A program made the translations under genes and the position numbers. A stretch of DNA of 64,000 bases. Source: Eledone cirrhosa (Eukaryota). The notes beneath the pieces were generated by a model. That model was not told the DNA's origin and ran no database searches. It worked only from the letters and a program-made list of their open reading frames with translations. Below are positions 53,014 to 64,000 of the stretch, piece by piece (position 1 is the stretch's first letter; every line of letters starts with the position of its first letter). The stretch lies in the NCBI GenBank assembly GCA_964016885.1, contig OZ024742.1:16368001-16432000 (forward strand). Reading direction: 5' to 3'.

Positions 53014-55068
53014 ATGGCTACGAAAAAGAATTTGCATAGGTCACTCCCACTCATTCCGTCTTCTTCCTCAATCGTCACTACAGCAGAGAGAAGATTGTCT
53101 CTCTCCCTCCCTTCTTTAAATGTGTCTCTCTCCCTCCCTTCTCTTTCGCAAGCGACGACAGAAAAGAAAAGTCTCGTGCAAAGCGTGCAAGATTTCTCCA
53201 CGACGACGACGACAACGACGAAACAGGTGTGCGGGAAATACGAAAACCCATTTCATTCGTCTGACGTCAGGAATAATAGCAGTAGCAGCCGTAATAACAA
53301 CAGCAACAGTGACAATGAATACAACAGTAGCAGCCGCAACAGCATCACCAGCAGCATAAACAACAACAGCATTAGCAGCAGCAACACCAACAACAACCAC
53401 AGCAACAGCGGCGGAGGCAGTAGTCGTAGTACCTGCAGCAACAACAAAAGTAACAGCAGCTCTGACGACAACAACAACAACAGCAGCAAAGAAAACCCAA
53501 TCACGTTTGCAGGTATCGCGAAGAACCTGGAAACAATCCTCATAACAAATGAGGAATTAGAGGAAGAGAAGAATATGGTGACAAAAACAGGACAAAAATG
53601 TTTCGAAACCCAACAGCACTGTACGGTCACGTACCGTACAGTAAGTACAAAATCCCGTAGGGTTGAAAGAGCCACAGAGGCTCAAATACAAAAAGCCTTG
53701 GGGTCTGTGTGGCAGCGGAAAACGCACATCACCCGAGGCCAAAAATATGCCACCGTAGACGTACTTTTTGCCACACCCCAGGAGGCAAAGGCTCAATCCG
53801 TAGTGACCCTAATGAGCGAAGAAATGGTGTTGGTGCCCTCTTACTGCGGGCAAAAAATTGTGAGGGCCAAACTGACCCACGTCCCCCCGGGGATGGCCCC
53901 TTCTTGGCTGGCCGCGTCTGTCCTCGTCGGAATCGAGGACAAAACAACTGTACTGCAAGTACAGAAAAAATTAAGAGAAGATTGGGTCGGTACCTCCATT
54001 GAGATGTTAATCCAAACCAACCAGGAGTGCATCGAAGCTATCCCGGATGTGATAGACTTCGATAACGGCACTCAACTGCCCATAAGTGTTGAGGGCAAAC
54101 GCCCGAAGACTCACCTCAGGGCTTTCTGCAACGAGAAGACCCTGAGAAAGGAGAAAACGCCCCTCCCTCCTAAACCGGCTCCACGTCTACCAGCAACAGG
54201 ACAAGCGGCAACCAGGAACGATAGGTCCGTGGCACCCATACCCACGCCACGGAAATCAAAAACAGCAGCAGCAGTGGAAATATTAACAACAACAACAGCA
54301 ATACCAACTGCAGCTGCAACAGAGACTCCAGTGCAAACATCACCAACAACAACAAGTGAAAGAGTGGAGCTGGTACCCCTCCCCGACCTCACAGAATCAG
54401 ACATGGAGTGTGAGGTGGGAGAGGGATGGCAAAAGGTCGTAAGAAGGCACAAACGCAGAAGCAGCGCATCGTCGCCTTTGAAAATGGAGGAAAGAAATGA
54501 GAAAAGGGTAAAGTCTACTGCAAAGAGACTCACAGCAGCAACACCACCAACACCATCACCACCCATACTAGCACCACCATCACCACCGGCGACAACTCCA
54601 CCGCCAACAACACCTTCAACACCACCACCACAAGCACCAACATCGCAAACACAACAACAAAACACACACACCCAGCAACAACGACAAGAAAATAGCAGAA
54701 CCACACCCCACCCCCATAAAAACAAATGCACGTCAATAAATACACACAACAAGAAACTAATGACTTACATAATTGAACACACAGACATTTCACAACACGA
54801 CTACATAATACCAGCACCAATCAAAACGCCAACTAACATAAGACTGCTAAAAATAGCACAGAAACAATACACAAACATTAAAACGAAATTCCCCAACGCA
54901 GTTGCTGATTTCAGGGACCTAGGAGGAACTATCAATCGAAGAGTATATTCGGACATACTCATAGAAGAGCCGACGACCAGCCGAAGGCACGATTCAACGG
55001 TCCCTTCACCAGACGATCAAGTGAAAAGGGATGTAAAACCCATCCCTCCTCTACGAAAAGTACGGTAA
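53014..55068 (+). CDS. Tx1-like ORF1 (gag-like, low-complexity S/N and P/T tracts)
   Basis: Open from ATG 53014; homologous to ORF1 pieces of the second copy; zinc knuckle deleted. Confidence 0.8.
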   Translation: MATKKNLHRSLPLIPSSSSIVTTAERRLSLSLPSLNVSLSLPSLSQATTEKKSLVQSVQDFSTTTTTTTKQVCGKYENPFHSSDVRNNSSSSRNNNSNSDNEYNSSSRNSITSSINNNSISSSNTNNNHSNSGGGSSRSTCSNNKSNSSSDDNNNNSSKENPITFAGIAKNLETILITNEELEEEKNMVTKTGQKCFETQQHCTVTYRTVSTKSRRVERATEAQIQKALGSVWQRKTHITRGQKYATVDVLFATPQEAKAQSVVTLMSEEMVLVPSYCGQKIVRAKLTHVPPGMAPSWLAASVLVGIEDKTTVLQVQKKLREDWVGTSIEMLIQTNQECIEAIPDVIDFDNGTQLPISVEGKRPKTHLRAFCNEKTLRKEKTPLPPKPAPRLPATGQAATRNDRSVAPIPTPRKSKTAAAVEILTTTTAIPTAAATETPVQTSPTTTSERVELVPLPDLTESDMECEVGEGWQKVVRRHKRRSSASSPLKMEERNEKRVKSTAKRLTAATPPTPSPPILAPPSPPATTPPPTTPSTPPPQAPTSQTQQQNTHTQQQRQENSRTTPHPHKNKCTSINTHNKKLMTYIIEHTDISQHDYIIPAPIKTPTNIRLLKIAQKQYTNIKTKFPNAVADFRDLGGTINRRVYSDILIEEPTTSRRHDSTVPSPDDQVKRDVKPIPPLRKVR

Positions 55069-55103
55069 GTGGTCTTTCCCATCTTTTCCACTCTATTTTA
55101 AAC

Positions 55104-58100
55104 ATGACCTCACTCAGAATAGGCAGCATAAATGCGCGTGGCTTGGGGTCGTCATGGAAGCAGGGTCACCTGCTCAACGACCTCAGGTCACTAAACATAG
55201 ATGTAGTGGCCATCAGCGAGACCAGAATCTCCGTAGCACGGGCCTTCACACCGATCTTCGGCCGTCCTGGATCGGGGGGAGGAGTTGCTGTGCTTTTTCG
55301 GAGAGGTTTGGATCTCGCCATACGGGCCATCTTCCTGGACCCAGAGGGTAAGCTGGTGGTGCTGGACGTGACCAGCGGAGACGGGCAAGCTTTCAGGCTA
55401 GTGGCCGTCAATGCCCCGACAGGAGCAGGGCGGCCTGATTTCTTCCGGCGTCTGGAGACCTTTCTTGGAACGTCCCGCTCTTTAGTGTTAATGGGCGACT
55501 GGAACGGGATCTTAGATGCACGCTGGGACTGTGTGGGATTAGCGGATAGGGGTGGAGGGTGCAAGAGCCTCACCAACCTGCTCAGGCATTTTGAACTGTC
55601 TGACAGGTATCGATTGGATTTCCCGAATGTGCCAATGTGGACTTGGACAAATCGCATAGGGTCATCCAGATCATATCTAGATAGAGTATTTTGTAGGGAA
55701 ATAGATAGGTCTAGCATAGACTGTCCACAATTCAAGATAGTCAGCTACACGGACCACAAATTCGTGATCTGTGTGCTTGACTTAGATAGGCTTCATAGAC
55801 GAGGACCCGGCTACTGGAAGCTAAACGCGTCCTTACCAGCGCGCAAGGCCTACAGAGACCGGATTAGCGAACTAGTTAAGCGGGCGTTGACGGGGGCCAT
55901 CGTCAACAACAAGTGGTGGTTTGCTCTGAAAAGAGCGATTAGAATAGAATCGATTAGATTTAGTAAGGCTTTAGCAATAGAGAAAAATAGAGCAGAGGGA
56001 GAACTAGTTAGAAAATTAGACGAGGCGCTTAGCAAAGGCATTGCGACCGACGTGCTTGCGGCGAAATTGGCCCTTGACCAATTCTTCAATGCAAAGCACG
56101 AAGGCTGCGTTGTCAGAGCAAGGGTGCGTGCTCTCAGACACGAGGGGACGAAAGCCGTTCAATGGGCCCGAGTGGCGGAGGCGCGTCGTGGCAACAAAGC
56201 CACGATCCGGTCTTTGGTGGACCACGACGGGCGCATGCTACTCGATCCCGGGCAAATGTGTGAAGCTTTTCAGCGACACTTCGCTCAGCTGTTCGGGGGC
56301 AGCGGGGGGCCGGGTAGAGGGATGGACTTTAGTGTCTACCTCGACGGACTGCCGCGGCTCTCGGCCACTGAGGCGAAGTGTTGCGAAAAGCCGATAACAG
56401 CCGCTGAAGTACGGGAGGCAATGACTGGCTGCACAAGGGGTAAATCGCCTGGTTTGGATGGTCTGCCCTATGAACTTTACGTACAGATGCCAGACTTGTT
56501 CGGAGGCCTCTTGGCGGACGTCTACTGCAACTGGCAACAGAACGGGAGAATTCCCAGTTCTGTGAGCCGAGGAGCGGTGGCACTGCTGAGAAAGGATCCG
56601 AACAAGGGGGATAACATAGACAATTTCCGGCCCATAACTCTGCTAAACACAGAGTTTAAGATTTTGGCCAAGGTGCTAGCAAAGAGGTTGGCGCTTGTCG
56701 TTGGTGGTCTGGTGGGAGAGGCGCAGACATGCGCCATTCCCGACAGATCCATCCACGACAACCTCCACCTCATGCGATACATCGTAGAGAGGGTAGCTAG
56801 GGAACCTGGCACGGGTGGGTCCTTGATCAATTTAGATCAGTCGAAAGCTTTCGATAGGGTCGACCATCGTTACCTAGCGGCAGTCCTGAGGGCGGCTGGC
56901 TTTGGGCCCGTCTTCAGAGGCTGGATCGCTGCCATGCACAGCGACATCTGCTCTGTGGTGAGAGTGAACGGTCACCTGTCGGAACCGTTCAACATCATGC
57001 GCTCGGTCCGCCAAGGATGTCCCCTCTCGTCCCTCTTGTACGTATTGACTCTCGAGCCATTACTGCACAAACTGGAGACGTTGAGGGGAGTCCCGCGCGA
57101 ACTAGGATGCGGAAGATCCGTGTCAGCATATGCGGACGATGTCACCGTAGTGGTGTCGAACGCCAAACACATCGAGGCGATCGGCACTACACTAAGAGAA
57201 TACGAAGCGGTGACAGGAGCAATGATCAACCAGGAAAAGTCAGTGGGCCTGCAGCTCGGCACCTGGAGAGGCAGGTCCATGCCGTCCAACAGCGTCGTCG
57301 GGCGCTGGACGGACGGACCGGTTAAATTGCTAGGGGTCTGGTTCGGTCCGGACCTCCAGACGGACAAAAACTGGGACGAGGTGACGAGCAGGGTGGCTTC
57401 TCTCACCCAGAAATGGGCGGAGAGGAAGCTATCCCTGAAAGGTCGAGCGGAGGTGGCTAACGCGTACATCGCGTCTGTCATCTGCTACCGCCTAACCGTC
57501 GTACCTTGTCCTAAGCCTCGCCTGACTGCGCTGGAGCGTTTGCTCTTTCGCTTTTTGTGGAAGGGACGTGCTCCGATGGTCAGGCGGTCCATCTGTTGTC
57601 AACACCCGCTACGTGGAGGGCTGGGCATGCCGTGGCTGATGATGCGCAGGCACGCGCTCAGGCTACGACATCTCCACCTCTTCCTCGACGGTGATCAGGT
57701 GTGGTCGCCGTTTGCTAGACGCGTTTTTCCCCAGCTCGTTTCCTTGACGGAGCTGCAGTCCTGGGTCAAGCGAAGACCGAGAGGGAGCGCCTGGAGACTG
57801 GAATGTCTTCAAGCGCTCACAGCCCTCGACCAATCGGGCAATGTGATCGGTGGAAACTCCACCTCGGCGTTCTATAGAGGATTAGTGGAGGGGAAGAGCG
57901 ACGACGTACTTGGGGAAACTCTAGGCGTCGACGAAAATCAACTAGCCAATCTCTTCGGAAGAACTTTCGGGCCGGGGCCTATGGACAACTTCCAGAAATC
58001 TCTGGCCTGGCAGTGCTACCGAGGAGCCTTGCCAGTTCGGGATAAACTCTACAGGCATGGAGGTGCCGTCAGCCGGGCATGTCCGAGATGCGCGCAGGGC

Positions 58101-58496
58101 GACGAAACCGTCCTGCACGCACTCGTCCAGTGTCCGAAAATTGCTGACTTGTGGGTTTATGTCGAACACCTGCTGTCGCGTTTAGGACGGATCCAGCTAT
58201 CATCTGAGTCTATCGTGAGGATTGCCCCGCCCTCCTCCTTTAGCCGGGAAGGGCAGGCAGTTTTTATCTGTCTGGTGGCCATGGCGAAAGAGATAGTATG
58301 GTGGACACGTTTGAAAGGGCTGAAGACGAGCACTTACCTCTTCGGTGATGCTCTGATTGACTTTTTCAAATTTCATTTGAAAAGGAAAATCAGAGTAGAG
58401 AAGGAAGTGCTCTCTTCCCAGCATTTTGTTGAAAGATGGGTGAGAGAAGCAAGAATGGCCCGAGTGAATGGGCCGACTCTGAGTATATATCTGTAA
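55104..58496 (+). CDS. Tx1-like ORF2: APE endonuclease, reverse transcriptase, C-terminal zinc finger
   Basis: INARGL, ISET, GDWN, YLDR, TDH; KSPGLDG, FRPITLLN, LDQSKAFDRV, RQGCPLS, YADD; CPRC..ETVLH..C; 1130 aa open. Confidence 0.95.
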   Translation: MTSLRIGSINARGLGSSWKQGHLLNDLRSLNIDVVAISETRISVARAFTPIFGRPGSGGGVAVLFRRGLDLAIRAIFLDPEGKLVVLDVTSGDGQAFRLVAVNAPTGAGRPDFFRRLETFLGTSRSLVLMGDWNGILDARWDCVGLADRGGGCKSLTNLLRHFELSDRYRLDFPNVPMWTWTNRIGSSRSYLDRVFCREIDRSSIDCPQFKIVSYTDHKFVICVLDLDRLHRRGPGYWKLNASLPARKAYRDRISELVKRALTGAIVNNKWWFALKRAIRIESIRFSKALAIEKNRAEGELVRKLDEALSKGIATDVLAAKLALDQFFNAKHEGCVVRARVRALRHEGTKAVQWARVAEARRGNKATIRSLVDHDGRMLLDPGQMCEAFQRHFAQLFGGSGGPGRGMDFSVYLDGLPRLSATEAKCCEKPITAAEVREAMTGCTRGKSPGLDGLPYELYVQMPDLFGGLLADVYCNWQQNGRIPSSVSRGAVALLRKDPNKGDNIDNFRPITLLNTEFKILAKVLAKRLALVVGGLVGEAQTCAIPDRSIHDNLHLMRYIVERVAREPGTGGSLINLDQSKAFDRVDHRYLAAVLRAAGFGPVFRGWIAAMHSDICSVVRVNGHLSEPFNIMRSVRQGCPLSSLLYVLTLEPLLHKLETLRGVPRELGCGRSVSAYADDVTVVVSNAKHIEAIGTTLREYEAVTGAMINQEKSVGLQLGTWRGRSMPSNSVVGRWTDGPVKLLGVWFGPDLQTDKNWDEVTSRVASLTQKWAERKLSLKGRAEVANAYIASVICYRLTVVPCPKPRLTALERLLFRFLWKGRAPMVRRSICCQHPLRGGLGMPWLMMRRHALRLRHLHLFLDGDQVWSPFARRVFPQLVSLTELQSWVKRRPRGSAWRLECLQALTALDQSGNVIGGNSTSAFYRGLVEGKSDDVLGETLGVDENQLANLFGRTFGPGPMDNFQKSLAWQCYRGALPVRDKLYRHGGAVSRACPRCAQGDETVLHALVQCPKIADLWVYVEHLLSRLGRIQLSSESIVRIAPPSSFSREGQAVFICLVAMAKEIVWWTRLKGLKTSTYLFGDALIDFFKFHLKRKIRVEKEVLSSQHFVERWVREARMARVNGPTLSIYL

Positions 58497-58769
58497 ACAA
58501 GAGTGGAAAACTGGGAGAGGGCACTTGCCTTGGTGGTCAGGGTCATTGTGGCTTTTTACTGGGCTTTCTCCACAAATGTCCCTCCGAAGTCTCCCCCCTA
58601 TTGGGGAATTTTTCATTGTTATTTTCATTGTTATTTTTGTTACATCCTCTGTTTTTGTTTTTTTTACACGCAGAAATGCCCATTTGTACCGTCCTGCATT
58701 GTCCTGCACTGTCCTTAATGTCTACTTTATGTAAACCCTTGTGGTTAATAAAGAAATCATTATTATTAA

Positions 58770-58818
<49 letters not shown>

Positions 58819-61800
58819 GTTGGTGAAGCCACGCTCCTTATCACCTCCAGTTTTTTTCAAAGTTTTACCTCATTTTCAACCGTTCTAAACCTTTTATTCA
58901 AGTTTTAAATTTGATAAAACTTTAGAAGAAGTGACCCACCTAATACAGGGGTTCACTCGTAAATAATACGGCACCCCTTTACGGGGTGTCGTATTCGTAT
59001 TTGTGTAAAAGTATTAGTTTTGAAAAATTTCAACATGTCTAACACAAGAAAGAGAGAGAGCGCTGTCAGATAACACAGAGAGAGGGAGACTTTATCAGCA
59101 TGTCAACAAGACAGAGTTCCAGCGGAGGTAAATATAAACGAAAATATTACAAAGGAAAAAAAGATTGTTACAGATTTAAAATTAACAAATATTTCTAACA
59201 CAAACAACACCAACAATAGCACCAACAACAACACCAACAACAACACCATCAATAACAACAGCAACATCAAAAATAACAGCGGTAAGGTCCAGAACGACAA
59301 TAACAATGACATAACAACAGCCACAACAACAATAATAGTAGGAACAGTATCAACAAAAACAACAATAATAACAACAGCCACAATAACAGTAACAACAGCA
59401 ACAGTATCAACGAAAACAACAATAACAACACCAACAACTGTACCAACGAAAACAACAACTATGACACTGATACCTGTAATAGCGATCTCAGCACCACCAG
59501 TAAGACCAGTAGCGGCAGCAATAGTGGTGCTGCTGAAAAACGGACCATTTCTTTTGCAGGTGTCGCCCGAAATATCGAGACAGTGTTAGTCACAGAGGAG
59601 GAGGTGGCAGTCGCAAGGGCCATGGTGACAAGAAGCGCAAATAGAGTTTCCCTGAAACCTCCACCCGATTTTTTCAAGGACCAGCAGCTACGGACGGTGA
59701 CTTACCGCACCGTAAGCAAAATCTCACATCGAGTTGAGATAGCCACGGAGGCTCAAATCCAAAAGGCCTTGGGGTGCGTCTGGGCACGCAAAACCCACAT
59801 CCCCCGAGGCAGAAAGTAAGCCACAGTAGACGTACTTTTCGCCACCCCCCAGGAAGCAAAGTCTCACTCTTTGGAAACCCTAAAGAGTGAGAAGATAGTC
59901 TTGGTGCTCTCCTACTGCGGGCAGAAAATTGTGAGGGTCAAAGTGACCCAGGTCCCACCCGATGTGCCCATACCTTGGCTGGCCGCGTCTGTCCTTGCTG
60001 GAATCGAGAACAGGGCGACCATGCTGCAAGTAGAAAAAAATAGGGAGAGAGAACTGGTCAGGTATAGGCATGCAAATGCTTATACAAACTGACCAGGAAT
60101 GTATCGACGCTATCCCCGATATCATAGACATCGAGGAAGGACTCCAACCCCCTATAAGTGTAGAAGGAAGACGGCCAAAATGTTATCTCTGTGGGTCAAA
60201 GGGTCACCTCAGGGCCTTTTGCTCGCGGAAGACAGCGAAGAAGGCCCCTCTCCTTCCAATACCTGGTCCGCTGCTACCAAGAGCAGGGCAGGCAACAAAC
60301 GAAGAAGCCCCTTCCACGGTGAGTAGGAGGGCAACGTCCGTAGCACCCGTACCAAGGCCACGGACAACTAAAGCAGCATCATCAGTAGCGGCAACACCAA
60401 TAGCTACATTTGAAGTAGCTACACCAGCAACAAAATTGCCGAAGAGGGCTCCGCTACCACCACCAACAGCCGTGGAGCACATACTCCTCCCAGACGCCAC
60501 ATAATCCGACATGGAGTTTGAGGCGGGAGTGAAGTGGCAAACGGTCTGCCACAAAAAAGAAAAAAGAAAAAACCCTTAGATTCACCCTCCAAAAGCGAAG
60601 GCATACAAAGAGGAGTAAGGCAGCAAGGAAACTTGCAGCAACACCACCACCATCACCACCACAAACACCAACAACGCAAACACAACAAGACACACACACC
60701 AAACAGAAACAAGAAGAAAACAGCAACAAAATCACCCCTGCCGCCAAAAAGTACACAGCCATAAACATGGCAAAAAAAGAACTCATACAATATATAAAGC
60801 AGCACACAGACATCACAGAAAAAAACTACTACACCCCACCAACACCAAGAACTCTCCCAACAAACATAAGCATCATCGAAATCTCAATAGAACAGTACAA
60901 ACCTTTAAAACAAAAATTCCCCAACGCCGTTGGAGACTTCAGAGGGTCGTTTACCAAGAGGATATACGCTGACATCCTCTTGGAAACACCCATGACCAGC
61001 GAAAGGGACGGTTCTACTGTCCCTTCCCCACACGAACAAGGTAAGTGACTCTTTCTCACTAGCCCCGTTTCTCATCCAACATGGCTGTACTCAGAATAGG
61101 CAATATAAATGCACGTGGCCTGTGGTCATCTTGGAAGCAGGGTCACCTGCTCAATGACCTCAGGTCACTAAACATAGATGTGGTGGCCATCAGTGAAACC
61201 AGAATCTCCGAAGCACAAGCCTTCGCACCGATTTTCGGCAGCTACGATGTATACGCATCTCCCAGCCGTCCAGGATCGGGGGGAGGGGTTGCCGTCCTTT
61301 TTCGGAAAGGCTTGGATCTCGCGATACAGGCCATCTTCCTAGACCCAGAAGGTAAGTCGGTGGTGCTGGACGTGACCGGCAGCGAAGGCAATGCTTTCAG
61401 GATAGTTGCCGTCTACGCCCCAACAGGGGCAGGACGGCCAGATTTCTTCAGACGTCTAGAGACCTTTCTTGGAACGTCCCGCTCTTTAGTGTTAGTGGGC
61501 GACTGGAACGGTATCTTGGATGCACGCTTGGATCGTGTGGGGCTAGTGGATAGGGGGGGAGGGTGCAAGAGCCTCACCAACCTGCTCAGACGTTTGAACT
61601 GTCTGACAGGTATTGACTGGATCACCCGAATGTGCCAATGTGGACATGGACAAACCACATCGGGTCATCCAGATCGTATCTCGATAGGGTGTTCTGCAGA
61701 GAACTAGATAAGGCTAGTATAAGTTGTCCACAGTTTAAAATAGTCGACTACACAGACCACAAATTTGTGATCTGTGAGATCAACATAGACAGACTTCATA

Positions 61801-64000
61801 GAGAAGGGCCTGTTTACTGGCAGCTGAACGCGTCTTTCCCGGCGCGCAAAGCCTACAGAGACCGGATTAGCGTATTAGTTAAGCGGGAGTTGACGGGAGC
61901 GGTCGTCAACAACACAGGTGGTGGTTCGCCCTGAAAAGGGCCATTAAAGTAGAGTCGATTAGGTTTAGCAAAGGACTAGTGACAGAGGAAAATAGAGTAG
62001 AGGGAGAGCTAGTCAGAAAGCTAGAAGAGGCGTTTAGGACAGGCATCGCAACCGACGTGCTTGCGGCGAGATTGGCACTCGACCAATTCTTCAACGCAAA
62101 ACACAAAGGCTGCGTTTTCAGAGCTAGAGCGCGTGCTCTGAAACACGAGCGGACAAAAGCCGTCCAATGGGCCCGGGTGGCAGAGGCGCTACGTGGCAAC
62201 AAAGCCACAATTCGGTCTTTGTCTGACCAAAACGGGTTGGTGATGCTCGAAACCGAGCGGATGTGTGAAGCTTTTCAGCAGCACTTTGCTGAACTGTTCG
62301 GGAGTGGCGGCAGCCCGGATCGGGGCATGGACTTCAGTGCATACCTCGACGGACTGCCTCGGCTCTCAACGACCGCAGCACAGTGTTGCGAAAAGCCAAT
62401 AACAGCCGGTGAAATACGGGAAGCGATGACTAACTGCACAAGGGGTAAATCGCCAGGTTAGATGGTCTGCCCTACGAGCTTTATGCATTTATGCCAGACT
62501 TGTTCGGTGACCTCTTGGCAGACGTCTACTGCAACTGGCAGCAGAACGGAAGCATTCCCAGTTTTGTGAGCCGGGGATCAGTGGTGCTGCTGAGAAAAGA
62601 CCCGAACAAGGGGGATGTTATCGATAATTTCAGGCCCATAACCCTGCTAAATGCAGAGTTCAAGATTTTGGCCAAGGTGTTAGCAACGAGGTTGGCGCTT
62701 GTCGTCAAGGGTCTGGTGGGAGACGCGCAGATATGCGCCATTCCGGACAGATCCATACACGACAACCTCCACCTCATGCGATACATCATAGAGAGGGTGG
62801 TTAAGGAACCTGGCAAGGGTGGGGCCCTGATCAACTTGGATCAATCCAAAGCATTCGATAGGGTAGACCACCGGTACCTGGCGGCGGTTCTCGAGGCAGC
62901 CGGTTTCAGGCCCGTTTTCAGGGGTTGGATCGCAGCAATGTACAGCGACATCTGCTCAGTTGTGAGGGTGAACGGTCACCTATCGCAGCCGTTCAGCATC
63001 ATGCGCTCAGTCCGCCAGGGTTGTCCCCTCTCGTCCCTCTTGTACGTATTGGCTCTCGAGCCGTTACTGCACAAACTGGGGGCGATGAGGAGCGTCCCAC
63101 GCGAACTAGGATGCGGGATATCCGAGTCGGCTTACGCTGACGACATCACCGTGGTGGTGTCGAGCACCAGACACGTCCAGATGCTAGGCACCGCTCTCAA
63201 GGAATACGAAGCGGTGATAGGAGCAAAGATAAACCAGGAAAAGTCGGTGGGCTTGCAGCTCGGCACCTGGAGAGGCAAGTCCATGCCGTCCGACAGCGTC
63301 GTGGGGCGTTGGACGGACGGACCGGTTAAATTGCTCGGGGTCTGGTTCGGACCGGACCTCCAGATGGAGAACAACTGGAACGAGGTGACGAGCAGGGTGG
63401 CCTCCCTCACCCAGAAATGGGCTGAGAGGAAGCTATCCCTGAAAGGTCGGGCGGATGTGGCGAATGCGTACATCGCATCCGTCATCTGATACCGCCTCAC
63501 CGTCGTCCCTTGCTCCAACCCAACTCTCACCAAAATGGAGCGCCTCCTCTTCCGCTTTTTGTGGAATGGACGCGCTCCCATGATCAGACGATTTATCTGC
63601 TGTCAACACCCGTTGCGTGGAGGACTGGGCATGCCATGGCTGATGATGGGCAAACATGCGCTGAGGCTGCGACATCTCTGGTGCTTCCTTGATGGTGAAC
63701 GGGTGTGGTCGCCGTTCGCCAGGCACGTTTTCCCACAGCTCGTCTACTTGACGGAGCTGCAGTCCTGAGTCAGAAAAAGACCGAGGGATAGCGCTTGGAA
63801 ACTGGAATGTCTCCAGGCGCTCACTGCTCTCTCCCAGCTGGGCACCAGTATCGGTGGAACATCCACCTCGGCGTTCTATAGAGGACTAGTGGAGGGGAAG
63901 AGCGACGACATTCTCGGAGAGATCCTGGGCGTCGAAGAAGATCAGCTGTTTGCTCTCTTCCGGAGAACTTTCAGCCCGGGGCCTATGGATAACTTCCAAA
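58819..64000 (+). mobile_element. Second, diverged and disrupted Tx1-like LINE (runs off the window)
   Basis: ORF1 fragments 59035-61048 with CYLCGSKGHLRAFC knuckle; ORF2 from 61081 with several frameshifts and stops, colinear with 55104-58496. Confidence 0.92.

Larger units (their letters stand above)
52798..58758 (+). mobile_element. Full-length Tx1/L1-clade LINE within (ATT)n
   Basis: Two ORFs, AATAAA at 58747, (ATT)n on both sides. Confidence 0.92.

Overview
AT-rich, microsatellite-dense, gene-free animal DNA. The SINE fragments and repeat content suggest an octopod cephalopod (inference). No host protein-coding gene is supported, and most listed ORFs are translations of (TA)n/(CA)n repeats. 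The window is a nest of transposable elements. Penelope-like retroelements (PLEs) dominate: Naiad-type copies forming 2.3-kb and 3.9-kb inverted repeats, a three-copy Neptune-like cluster at 41.2-51.1 kb, and many short pLTR remnants ending in (TA)n. By eye I find about 20 hammerhead-ribozyme (HHR) motifs from about 11 distinct sequence families, some intact and some degenerate. At least two of these families sit in ~0.5-kb ORF-less head-to-tail units resembling retrozymes. Other elements: a 5'-inverted RTE fragment, a non-autonomous Helitron with a spliced Rep remnant and a nested MITE, an internally deleted Gypsy-type LTR element with a tRNA-Trp PBS, a complete but inactivated Tc1, an R4/Dong remnant, and two head-to-tail Tx1-like LINEs in (ATT)n repeats. 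Clade assignments come from motif recognition, not database searches.
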